Assembly (NCBI GenBank): GCA_043821365.1
Contig: JBDRCX010000006.1
Location: 416,001 to 480,000, forward strand
DNA length: 64,000 nucleotides
Reading direction: 5' to 3'
Source: Candidatus Micrarchaeota archaeon
GTDB lineage: Archaea > Micrarchaeota > Micrarchaeia > Anstonellales > Bilamarchaeaceae
The position numbers and the translations under genes are program-made. Position 1 is the first letter of the stretch. Every line of letters starts with the position of its first letter. The notes under the pieces are model-generated. The model searched no databases. It saw only the letters and a list, made by a program, of their open reading frames with translations, and had not been told where the DNA came from. Of this stretch, positions 9,795 to 19,210 are shown in pieces.

Positions 9795-10646
9795 ATGTAC
9801 CTTGTTTCTCCTAATTTCTCAGATTTAATGGAACCAAACATTGAATTTAAGACATTTCCTGATGGGGATAGCTATGCTCGTATAAATGAGATTGACAAGT
9901 GTCAGGGTGAAGATGTTATACTCTTTCACCGTCTGTATCCAAAACAAAATACTGCAATCTTTAATACTACTCAGATTTTACACACATTAAAAAGAGTTGG
10001 CGCAAGGGTTACACTTGTCTCTCCTTATGTTCCATACTCTCGTCAGGATAAGACATTTTTGATGGGAGAATCATTGTCTGCTCAGGTACTTTGCAAACTT
10101 CTCAATGATTTTGGTTCTGTTAAATTAGTAACAGTAGATTGCCATTTCCTGAAAAAAGAAGGAGAATCAGAATATTCTAATTTAAAAATCCAGAACGTCA
10201 GTGCAAACAAACTTCTTGTTGAGCATGCACGTAAAAAATTAGGCTTGGAGCAGCTTGAAATCATTTCACCTGACCAAGGTGCAAATTATCTTATTTCTGA
10301 GTTTGGTGGAAAGAGCATGAACAAAGTTAGGGGGAAATACGACGATGGAAAAGGCGAGGAAGCCTATCGTTCAGTTCAAAAAGTTGAGAGGGAATTCGAG
10401 GTCAAAGGTAAAAATATTCTGATTTTAGATGATATGATTTCAACTGGCGGTACCATGATAAAAGCAGTTGAAAATGTAAAAAAAGGAGGAGCAAACAAGG
10501 TTCTATGCGCTGCAACTCATGGTTTCTTTTTGAATGACTCACTTACAAAATTAAAAAGCATGTGCGACTATGTTTTCACTACAAATTCAATTCCAAATGA
10601 AGTTGCAGAGGTTGATGTTCTTCCTTTGCTGAAATCTCAGTTATAA
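9795..10646 (+). CDS. prs: Ribose-phosphate pyrophosphokinase
   Basis: FPDGD, YSRQDK, ILILDDMISTGGT. Confidence 0.93.
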   Translation: MYLVSPNFSDLMEPNIEFKTFPDGDSYARINEIDKCQGEDVILFHRLYPKQNTAIFNTTQILHTLKRVGARVTLVSPYVPYSRQDKTFLMGESLSAQVLCKLLNDFGSVKLVTVDCHFLKKEGESEYSNLKIQNVSANKLLVEHARKKLGLEQLEIISPDQGANYLISEFGGKSMNKVRGKYDDGKGEEAYRSVQKVEREFEVKGKNILILDDMISTGGTMIKAVENVKKGGANKVLCAATHGFFLNDSLTKLKSMCDYVFTTNSIPNEVAEVDVLPLLKSQL

Positions 10647-10701
10647 TGGATTTTTCATTGTTTTAGTTTTAGTTAAAAAATGCACCGTTTTTATTCTATT
10701 T

Positions 10702-11187
10702 ATGGGAAGACCAGCATTTAGTGAAGAACATGCCAGTGCTATTCATGCAGACCAGCTTGAAAACCTTCTGGATTATGGTTTTACTCATGGTGAAACCAAA
10801 CAAATTATACTTGGAAGACCAACAGTATTGTCTATAAGTGATGAAAACATTCTGGGTAAGCTTCAAAATTTAGAAGCACCTCGTTTTACTACGCACAACA
10901 ATACATTTGCCCTTACAAGAGAGGAAGTAATACAATTCGTACTTAGTTTTCCGCGTGTTCTTGGTCTAGATTGTGAACGTAATGGGAACATGGATAGAAA
11001 ATTACGGTTGATGGCACTTATAACTGATGGAGATAAACAAGCAATGCTTGAAAATGCACAGAGGTTCATTCAAGGTCCTGCAAAAACACTTGCACGAATA
11101 AAACATTTGAAATCAAGCGGAGTTAATTGGAAAACCCCAGGTGCATTGTTTGTTTCTGAAGCTACATTCAGAAGACGATATCACTAA
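10702..11187 (+). CDS. Helical-repeat protein resembling mTERF repeats
   Basis: Repeats IILGRPTVLSISDENILGKLQNL and FVLSFPRVLGLD...KLRLM with P-x2-L-x6-I-x6-L spacing; C-terminal LFVSEATFRRRY. Confidence 0.55.
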   Translation: MGRPAFSEEHASAIHADQLENLLDYGFTHGETKQIILGRPTVLSISDENILGKLQNLEAPRFTTHNNTFALTREEVIQFVLSFPRVLGLDCERNGNMDRKLRLMALITDGDKQAMLENAQRFIQGPAKTLARIKHLKSSGVNWKTPGALFVSEATFRRRYH

Positions 11188-12551
11188 ACCCTACACATCT
11201 CTTTATATTCATCAACTAGTTTCTGTGCGTCTTCTTTTGTTTTTGCCTCAGCAAATATTCTAACATAATTTTCTGTTCCAGATGCTCTTACTATTACCCA
11301 ACTGTCATTGAAATTTATTCTGACACCATCTATGTCAACAAAATCAAGTTTGTTATCCTTCGCATGGGAAAGAATCTTTTCAACAATTTTTATCTTTTTT
11401 TCACTATCTGCCTCAACCTTAATCTTAAAATTGAAATATTCCGGAACTTCTTCAAGCCATTCATCTAGTGGCTTGTCGCATATTGATTCTGCCATCATTG
11501 CTGCAGTAAACATACCATCTTTTGCCAAACTTATCTCTGGCCAAATTACTCCGCCAACTTCTTCCCCTCCTATGATTGCATTTGGTTTGGCAGTACCATC
11601 CTTTGCAGGTTTTATTTTTACCATTTCTTCGCATAAATACGGTGCACCAATGGCAGTGTATCTTACTTTGCTTTCGTATTTCTTTGCAACATCCTCTATT
11701 ATTTTGCTTGTTGCGACTGTGGTAACAACATCTCCCTGCTGATCTTTTTTAGTAAATTTCCAGATTATTGAAAGAGCATAGACCTTATCTCCAATAATAT
11801 ACCTGCCTTCTTTATCAACAAAAATTACTCTATCTCCATCGCCATCCCATGCAATTCCAGCATCAGATTTGCTACTCTTTACCATTGCAATTAGTTGTTT
11901 TACATTAACTTCAGTTGGTTCTGATGGTCTTCCTGGAAATGTTCCGTCCATATGTGAATTTAAGCTTAGAAATTCAACACCCATTTTTCTAAATAAAAGC
12001 GGTGCAATTGTTGCTGCCGTACCGTTCCCACAGTCAATCACTATTTTTGGTTTTTTTATGGATGCTTTTCTTGTACCAATAACACTAAGAATTTCTTGAA
12101 TATGATCTTCAACTGCATTTTCATAAATTGTTATTTTTCCAACTCTATTCCATTCAACAAGTGCTGGTTTTTTTATTAGTTTTTCTATTTCCTCTCCACG
12201 TTCTTTTGATATTGCAATTCCCTTTCCGTCAATAACTTTCAGTGCATTCCACTCGGGGGGGTTGTGTGATGCACTTACTATTATGCATCCATTTGTCTTG
12301 AGTTTTTTAATCATATATTCTGCAGTTGGTGAACTTACAATTCCAATATCTATTACGTCACATCCAACAGATGCCAGACCAGCAACAACTGCTGATTTTA
12401 TTGTCTCACCAGTTAATCTACAATCTCGTGCAACTATCATTTTTCCTTTTTTAAGATAGGTTCCTATTGCTTGTGAAAGTTTTAGCGAGAGTTCTGGTGT
12501 TAATTCATTGAATTTACCACGAACTCCATTTGTTCCAAAATATTTTGCCAT
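11184..12551 (-). CDS. Phosphoglucomutase/phosphomannomutase (alpha-D-phosphohexomutase family)
   Basis: YFGTNGVRG, SASHNP, DGDGDR, GEEVGG, RASGTE. Confidence 0.93.
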   Translation of the reverse strand: MAKYFGTNGVRGKFNELTPELSLKLSQAIGTYLKKGKMIVARDCRLTGETIKSAVVAGLASVGCDVIDIGIVSSPTAEYMIKKLKTNGCIIVSASHNPPEWNALKVIDGKGIAISKERGEEIEKLIKKPALVEWNRVGKITIYENAVEDHIQEILSVIGTRKASIKKPKIVIDCGNGTAATIAPLLFRKMGVEFLSLNSHMDGTFPGRPSEPTEVNVKQLIAMVKSSKSDAGIAWDGDGDRVIFVDKEGRYIIGDKVYALSIIWKFTKKDQQGDVVTTVATSKIIEDVAKKYESKVRYTAIGAPYLCEEMVKIKPAKDGTAKPNAIIGGEEVGGVIWPEISLAKDGMFTAAMMAESICDKPLDEWLEEVPEYFNFKIKVEADSEKKIKIVEKILSHAKDNKLDFVDIDGVRINFNDSWVIVRASGTENYVRIFAEAKTKEDAQKLVDEYKEMCRV

Positions 12552-12556
12552 AGTAC

Positions 12557-13033
12557 CTACTTCTTGTCTTTGTTAATCGCACCTATTTTTTTGTACAATT
12601 CCTCATGCACACTATTAATCTCATTATAATCAAGGCCATTGCATATTATCTCATATCCAGTGCTACCACTTGTACTTATGTTTAATGTCGCAAATCCAAA
12701 CAGTCTTGCTCTAAGTCCTCGTGTTATTGATGAATCAGTTACCATGTTTATGGGGACTTTTTTCTTTCGTGTTGATACTATTCCTGTTTCATAAACTATT
12801 TTCTCATCACTGAAGTAGATTGAAGTTGTATGTGCTTTTAGTTTTGAAAGGATTATCGTCACTATAAGTATTGCAATTCCAAGAACTATCAATGCAATTC
12901 CCACGGTATCCAATATGTTTATTGTGCTTAAATATACTGCACCGCCAGCAATGATAAGAATCACTGCCACAATATCAAGAAAAAAATAATTCTCAATTAA
13001 GCATCCCAATAACTTTGGTTTTATCTTTTCCAT
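12557..13033 (-). CDS. Membrane protein with bacterial PH (bPH_2-like) domain
   Basis: Two N-terminal TM helices followed by TGIV...P...R(L)FG.ATL.I.TSG pattern. Confidence 0.7.
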   Translation of the reverse strand: MEKIKPKLLGCLIENYFFLDIVAVILIIAGGAVYLSTINILDTVGIALIVLGIAILIVTIILSKLKAHTTSIYFSDEKIVYETGIVSTRKKKVPINMVTDSSITRGLRARLFGFATLNISTSGSTGYEIICNGLDYNEINSVHEELYKKIGAINKDKK

Positions 13034-13092
13034 TTTTCTCCCGCTATTATATGCAAATCTACTTTTTAAAACAATCTAGATTATGTTTATTT

Positions 13093-13614
13093 ATGGAAAT
13101 TAAAATCCTTCGCCTTGGTCATCGTCTTCCAAGAGATGAAAGAATCTCTACTCATGTTTGCTTAGTTGCAAGAGCATTCGGTGCAAACTCAATTGTTTAT
13201 TCTGGTCAGCATGATTCTGGTTTGGAAGATAGCATAAAAAAAATTGGTGAACATTGGGGCGGCGAATTACCAATTATCTATGAAAAAAATGCAGTTAAAT
13301 TTGTTAAAAAATGCAGGGAATCTGACTATACTATTGTTCATTTGACCATGTATGGTATGCCTATTCAAGACAAAAGTCTGCAAATTAAAAAACACAAAAA
13401 ATTATTGATCATTGTTGGTTCAGAACAGGTTCCTGGACAAATTTATGAACTTGCTGATTTTAACATTTCAGTAACAAACCAACCTCATAGCGAAGTGGCA
13501 GCACTGGCAATTGTTTTAGATAGAATTTTCGATGGAAAAGAACTTGAAAAACATTTCAATGGAAAAATGAAAATAATCCCATCTGAAAAAGGGAAGAAAA
13601 TCCTCAAAAGTTAG
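13093..13614 (+). CDS. trm56: tRNA (cytidine(56)-2'-O)-methyltransferase
   Basis: RLGHRLPRDERISTHVCLVARAFGA, HLTMYG, QPHSEVAALA. Start moved to MEIKIL. Confidence 0.95.
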   Translation: MEIKILRLGHRLPRDERISTHVCLVARAFGANSIVYSGQHDSGLEDSIKKIGEHWGGELPIIYEKNAVKFVKKCRESDYTIVHLTMYGMPIQDKSLQIKKHKKLLIIVGSEQVPGQIYELADFNISVTNQPHSEVAALAIVLDRIFDGKELEKHFNGKMKIIPSEKGKKILKS

Positions 13615-13644
13615 CTTTTTTAACCTTAAACATGTTATCTTGGT

Positions 13645-14067
13645 ATGAAACTCAAAGCAATTAAATTTTACGGGGTTGATGCTCAGCATCTTAAAGAAGA
13701 TAGATTCACAAACCTTGCAGTTAATTTAAGCATGCAGGAAGGTAAACCTGTTGGCTCTGATTTTCGTTCTGATTTTATTTTCACAGTGATGTATGATCCT
13801 AATATTGCAACAATGAAATTCAGTGGGTATGTGCTTATTGAAGGTACAAAAACAGAAATAAACGAACTCACAACTATTTGGAAAAAACAAAAGGTTCTTC
13901 CAAAAGAGATTACCGAACATCTCATAAACACAATTACTTTCCAAGGACAAACAAATGGTGTTTTGGTTGCCAAAGCATTGTCGCTAACTCCACCATTACT
14001 TTCACCAAAAATACAAGTACAAGTTAAACCATCTTCAGCACAATCAAAGCCTTCAAAGAAGAAATAA
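13645..14067 (+). CDS. Conserved archaeal hypothetical protein (beta-rich, possibly arcadin-1/SecB-like fold)
   Basis: F.F.V.Y.P..A.M.F.G...I.G pattern and LSLTPPLLSP end; family assignment tentative. Confidence 0.55.
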   Translation: MKLKAIKFYGVDAQHLKEDRFTNLAVNLSMQEGKPVGSDFRSDFIFTVMYDPNIATMKFSGYVLIEGTKTEINELTTIWKKQKVLPKEITEHLINTITFQGQTNGVLVAKALSLTPPLLSPKIQVQVKPSSAQSKPSKKK

Positions 14068-14078
14068 TTTTAGTTTAT

Positions 14079-14206
14079 TGTGGGGCAAGCTCCACATCCT
14101 CTATTTTTATATATTTAATTCTGTGAGATTCAAATTAATTCATCAATTACTTTTATGTCTGTTGCTTTACCCTATTCAATGGGGTTCGAGGGGGCACCCC
14201 TCGAAC
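14079..14206. terminator. Two hairpins between convergent genes
   Basis: TGTGGGGC-AA-GCTCCACA (14079-14096) and GTTCGAGGGG-GCA-CCCCTCGAAC (14184-14206), with T-rich runs on the minus strand. Confidence 0.55.
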
Positions 14207-14221
14207 AAACAAAATAAAAAA

Positions 14222-17200
14222 CTAGAATGTTGCTTTAAGCTCCAATGTACCACTGATGTCTAATTGTTCAGTTGTTACTGGGCCAACCTCTTGCAATACT
14301 CTATCTACATTGAAGTTTAATTGGAGGTATGGATCTATCCATGTGCCCCAAAATCCTCTTTTTGAAATTATTACACTGGTACCCACTCCAGTACGCATTT
14401 CACTGCCAGTTGTTAACCATTGCTGATATTGTCTACCTAATAAATCTGCTCTTACTTGTGTTGTTGCATCGGTAAACATTGCTCCTCCTCTTAACTCTAA
14501 TTGATATGCTTGTGCATCAATTGCTTCATCTTCCTGGTACATCCCAGTTATCCACCCATATATGTTTCCAAGTTGCATTCCTCTTTGCGGGTCAAGTGGA
14601 AATGTGTAAAATAATGGTATCCCTGCTTCCAACTGCCAAGTTCCACTTTGTGCAGTTGAAATCTCACCAGTTGGGCTTACTTGGATTGATGGGTCTGAAT
14701 ACATATCTTCACTCCCTGAAAATAATATACCCATTATTAATCTCCTGTCAAGTGTAAGTGGTATTCTAAAACCAAGGTGGGCACCATATGCTACTCTATC
14801 TAAATATCCACCACCAAATACAGTGTCAACTGGAGGAGCAAATACTTTTACTTCGCCCAAACCTGGGAAATAACCGTCTACTTTCAAACGTACTTGGTCA
14901 TTTGCTATCCAGTCTGTTGAAGCTCCAATTATAGGTAATGTGATGTGTTCTCCGCCAGAATCAAGCGGATCTCCGCCTACTTTCTTGTGAACAACTGCTG
15001 CAGTAAGTCTCATCTTTGTAAATGTTGATCCCATCGGTGTCCAATCATATTGTACAAACCCTCCCCCTTCATTCGGAGTGAAATCCCAAAGTGCACCAAC
15101 TTCAAGTCCATGTTGTGCAGCCAACCATCTTCTAAATCCTGCTGCAATAAGTATTTGTTCACCCACTGGCGTACTTACTACTTCCTGGTCTGTTAATTCT
15201 GGATGTTGTGCATCAATTGCATCATCTAATGCAGGATTTGAAGAGTCTTCTATACCCAAATTACCCAACGGTGTGGTTCCGGCTAATCCTTGTTGAACGC
15301 TATATTTTCTATATAATCCAGATGCAACAAATCCACCAAGCATGTCACTTTGTATTCCGTATAATCTTCCACCACTTAAGTCATCGACAAATTGATTTGT
15401 TGGATCTCCACTTCTTCTTATTAATCGTCCACCACCTATACCAACATGTCCATATCCAAGAACAGGTTCTCTAAGTGCATGATTTACAATTGCCACACCT
15501 TGAAGATCATTTGCAGCCATATCTTCTTCTCTGTCACTGAAACCAACAAATGCTTTTATTTCTGTTCTACTAACTTTTATGTACTGGCCTTCTAAATAAA
15601 TTTTATTTCCTGCTTGAGGATCACCATATTTGAAACCATCCCCCGAGATTCTTCCAATCCACAATGATTGGTCTTCAGGTCTGAAATTTCCAAAAGCAGC
15701 TGCACCTCTTCGTCCTCTTGTTTCTTCATAATCAACATAACCCCCCCAACCTGCTTTTTGGAATGCAGCTCCAGCACCTTGGAACTGTTCCCATTCGGTT
15801 TCTGGTTCACCTGTGAATGGGCCAGAGAATAAGAATGCACCGTCAAGTTGTGCTATGACATCTCCTTCTTGCACTCTTCCTCCTGTATATAATCTTTGCA
15901 TCGGTCTTTCTATTGTCTGCCAGTATAATGATTCGGCAGTTTCTTTAGGCAAAGTTACTGTGTCTATTTCCACAAAGCTTCCATTTGCAAATCTTTGGAA
16001 TAAGTGAGCTGTAAGTGCAACATCACCTGGAACTACTGTTCCATCTGTACCAACAGTGTCTCTTGCCTGTGTTCTTTTGAAATAAATTAATGTGTCAGCT
16101 CCTGCAGGTGCCATACCTGAGAAATAGGTACCAACTGCTGATACTCTTGGGTCAGTTCCTGTTCCTGCTTCTTCACCCTGTGCTACTACTGGTGGCTCTT
16201 CTATAACTTGTATGTCTCCAGTAAATGTGTTGATATTATACGGTGTACTACCTTCAGGTGCGATCCTCAATTGTTGCAATTCCAAATACCCGACATGCTT
16301 TTTCTCTCCAGACACTACTCCTTCAGTATCAGTTGCAGTTTGCGCAGTTATTTCATATCTTTGTTTTGCAGTTGTTACTTGTCCTTCTCTTGTAAACTCT
16401 TCAGTAAATTCTACGCTTCCCTGCTGTGTTTCTGATGATTGTCTTCCTGCATCGCCAAGATCAGTTTCAACTCTATGCATCTCATACTCAGTTGTGCTCG
16501 CTATTCGCATTCCAATTAATTCTCCAACATCTGGGAATTGGTCTGGTGCAAGGAAACCAAGATTATTCATTAAAAGTGGCAATCGTGTCCATGGGAATGG
16601 GATTGTAGTACGTACATTTACCATTGATTCATCAAAAAAGACACCCATTGTTCTGAACAAATCTGCTGAAGCTGCTGGATCATCGACTATTCTTGGGGCC
16701 TGAGTTATAGTAAGGCCATATTTCTGTGTCCATGTTTCATATATTCTTTTTGGTACTCTTATTATCATCTGTGCAGCTGGTATCATCACTTCGCCGTAAT
16801 CTGCTTCTGGCGGCATTCGTATTCTGACATCTTTTGTCGGCTCTCTACGATCAGATTGCATTGCAGTTATATCTGGGAATAATTTCTCGAGTTTTTTTGG
16901 CAGGTCCTCATAATATGCTTGTAGTAATCTGTAGTGATCCCCAACAATAAACATTTGGCTGTACTGAGTTATTGCTTTTGTTATGGCGATTATTGATGCT
17001 TCATCATATCTTTCAAGAAGAGTATCAGTTGTTTTTGCATAAGCAAGTGCTGCATATCCTGCTGGAAGCCCGCTATATCCCACTATCAATGAACATACTC
17101 TAGCCATCTCTTCTGGGTTTCCAAATTGCGTACTTAGGTCTTTGTATTTACTTTGCAATGCTTGATATAATGCATATTTACTTTGTAATGGTAATCCTGC

Positions 17201-19096
17201 AAAAGTTTGTATTGCAGTTTGTGCAGTTGCAATTCTTGAACTCTGCATATATCTTTCTCCTTCTGTTGCTGCTGGCTGTGCAGTTAAATTGCTTAGATGT
17301 ACTCCCAATGTATCTGTGAATGTTTGGCTAAATGTAAGGAATTTAGGATCGCCTGCAATCGTTTCATACATTCTAACCATATCTGCCACTGGGTCATCAC
17401 TTTGAATAGCAATATACTGTCTCATAAATCTGACTGCCACGCTCTTTTTCAATGCTTGCCATTCATCACTTCCACGTGTTAATCCGCTGAATGCAGCAAG
17501 ACTGTCAGTTATTGCTTCAACTTGGGTTGTTAGAAGTATGTTTAATTGAGTTACTCGTTGTGCACGCAAATCAGCAGTACTTGTACCTGCAGCATCCTGT
17601 GCTCCAAGTGTTCTTAGGTCAGTATCCAATGTTTCAATAGCTGCAGGAACTGCTGTATTTGCCTGTCTTGTTGTCTCAAGAAGAGCATGCAATTTGTCTC
17701 TATCGATATTATGTTTTCTCATAAATGTTTTTGCAAAGACCCCAATTCTGGAATCCAATGCATAACTATCAACTTGACTAAGGTAACTTTCTAATCGTGG
17801 TATGAATATTCTCGCTCCAATCACTTCATAGAAACTTCCAGTACCTGCTATCAAATTGTTTATTCTTCTTGCTCTTATTGCAGTTACTTTTTCTATTTGT
17901 TCAAGTTCGTCTTCAGTTGGTATTTGGCTATTCAATATATCTAATTTTTTCTGGTTAGGACTTGCCTGAAGTTCGTCTCTCCATGTTTTAATATGTGCTG
18001 CAAGCATTTCTTCTGGTGTTGTTGCACCTGCTGCTGGCAATGTGATGCCTTTTTCCCGTAAGAATTCTTCAATATCGCTTACACGCGTTAAAAGATCATC
18101 AACAGTTATTACTTTCTTTGGAACAAGGCTAAGCATATATGCACTAGTTGCTGTTGTCAAACCAGTCCCATGTATTCTTGCAAGTGTTGTCATATCTGTT
18201 TGTGAAACTTGAAGCTGAGCCATAACTGGAAGTAAGTGTTCATTAAACAATTCGCCAACTTGTTCTGGAGTTAAATTTTCAACAGTGGTTTTTTTATCTG
18301 TTGCATAGCCAGTAAGTATGGCTGCTATTTTTGGATCTTGTGTATTTACTGCAGCAAAAAATTCCTTCATATACTCTGCAGGAAACACTCCCCCATTTCC
18401 AGTAACATCTGCATTTATTCTTCTCCATAAATCAACTGCTATTTCTTTTCTTGCTTCTCTTTCTCTTGCTCTTATAAGTCCAACAAAAAGGCTTGCATTT
18501 GTCTGTGCAGAAGCAAGTGTTTCTGGAGAACTTCCAATCAGATCTCCTCTTCCGGCAAGATTAACAATAGGTACAACAACATTGTCAAACATCGTTTCGT
18601 TGTACTCACTTTGCAATGCTTGTATCCCTGGGCGTCCTGCTTTTATCGCAGTATGAATTTTATCAAATATTACTATAAGTTGATCAAGATCTATTGTTCC
18701 TGTTATCTCACCAACTGATCTTATTATTGGTCCAGTTGGTTCTGGTCTTAATTGTGTTAAAAATTCCTGTCTAAGTAATTCAAGAAATGCAGGAGATCTG
18801 TCTTGTAAAATTTCTAAGACCCGTGCTTTTTTAGCAGGATCTCCTGTTAACATAAATTGTTTGAATGTAGTGATACCTTCTTCTGCCTTTCTTTTCAGTG
18901 CCGCTTCAGGCGGGGCGCGCCTTCTTTCTGCCATAGCAGTATTAACTCCAAAGTTGTTTATATTTATTCCGTTAAAGAAAGTAAAAGTTCCAAGTGCTAT
19001 TGCTGCAGCGAATTTTCCAAAAACAGCACGTTTTCTTCTTAATGAAGGTTCTCTTACCTCCCTCTGGTCTTCTCGAAATAATCTTGGCCCACCCAT
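14222..19096 (-). CDS. Giant protein (1624 aa): signal-like N-terminus, helical middle, beta-strand-rich C-terminal region ending in Phe
   Basis: RRKR + AAAIALGTFTFF + TAMA; C-terminal amphipathic strands ending ...ISGTLELKATF. Confidence 0.85.
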   Translation of the reverse strand: MGGPRLFREDQREVREPSLRRKRAVFGKFAAAIALGTFTFFNGININNFGVNTAMAERRRAPPEAALKRKAEEGITTFKQFMLTGDPAKKARVLEILQDRSPAFLELLRQEFLTQLRPEPTGPIIRSVGEITGTIDLDQLIVIFDKIHTAIKAGRPGIQALQSEYNETMFDNVVVPIVNLAGRGDLIGSSPETLASAQTNASLFVGLIRAREREARKEIAVDLWRRINADVTGNGGVFPAEYMKEFFAAVNTQDPKIAAILTGYATDKKTTVENLTPEQVGELFNEHLLPVMAQLQVSQTDMTTLARIHGTGLTTATSAYMLSLVPKKVITVDDLLTRVSDIEEFLREKGITLPAAGATTPEEMLAAHIKTWRDELQASPNQKKLDILNSQIPTEDELEQIEKVTAIRARRINNLIAGTGSFYEVIGARIFIPRLESYLSQVDSYALDSRIGVFAKTFMRKHNIDRDKLHALLETTRQANTAVPAAIETLDTDLRTLGAQDAAGTSTADLRAQRVTQLNILLTTQVEAITDSLAAFSGLTRGSDEWQALKKSVAVRFMRQYIAIQSDDPVADMVRMYETIAGDPKFLTFSQTFTDTLGVHLSNLTAQPAATEGERYMQSSRIATAQTAIQTFAGLPLQSKYALYQALQSKYKDLSTQFGNPEEMARVCSLIVGYSGLPAGYAALAYAKTTDTLLERYDEASIIAITKAITQYSQMFIVGDHYRLLQAYYEDLPKKLEKLFPDITAMQSDRREPTKDVRIRMPPEADYGEVMIPAAQMIIRVPKRIYETWTQKYGLTITQAPRIVDDPAASADLFRTMGVFFDESMVNVRTTIPFPWTRLPLLMNNLGFLAPDQFPDVGELIGMRIASTTEYEMHRVETDLGDAGRQSSETQQGSVEFTEEFTREGQVTTAKQRYEITAQTATDTEGVVSGEKKHVGYLELQQLRIAPEGSTPYNINTFTGDIQVIEEPPVVAQGEEAGTGTDPRVSAVGTYFSGMAPAGADTLIYFKRTQARDTVGTDGTVVPGDVALTAHLFQRFANGSFVEIDTVTLPKETAESLYWQTIERPMQRLYTGGRVQEGDVIAQLDGAFLFSGPFTGEPETEWEQFQGAGAAFQKAGWGGYVDYEETRGRRGAAAFGNFRPEDQSLWIGRISGDGFKYGDPQAGNKIYLEGQYIKVSRTEIKAFVGFSDREEDMAANDLQGVAIVNHALREPVLGYGHVGIGGGRLIRRSGDPTNQFVDDLSGGRLYGIQSDMLGGFVASGLYRKYSVQQGLAGTTPLGNLGIEDSSNPALDDAIDAQHPELTDQEVVSTPVGEQILIAAGFRRWLAAQHGLEVGALWDFTPNEGGGFVQYDWTPMGSTFTKMRLTAAVVHKKVGGDPLDSGGEHITLPIIGASTDWIANDQVRLKVDGYFPGLGEVKVFAPPVDTVFGGGYLDRVAYGAHLGFRIPLTLDRRLIMGILFSGSEDMYSDPSIQVSPTGEISTAQSGTWQLEAGIPLFYTFPLDPQRGMQLGNIYGWITGMYQEDEAIDAQAYQLELRGGAMFTDATTQVRADLLGRQYQQWLTTGSEMRTGVGTSVIISKRGFWGTWIDPYLQLNFNVDRVLQEVGPVTTEQLDISGTLELKATF

Positions 19097-19210
19097 TTGT
19101 TATCCTCTCTGATCCCCTTATAATTATCTGTGGGCAAAAGGATTAAAAGGTGTGTCACAACCTGAGGCTAATCATGTTCCTAGGATCTGAACCTCCTAAT
19201 CTAACAAAAA

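Noticed and set aside
19020-19050. Tat signal in the 1624-aa protein (SLRRKR)
   Set aside because: It does not match S/T-R-R-x-F-L-K; better read as a basic n-region of a Sec-type signal or anchor.
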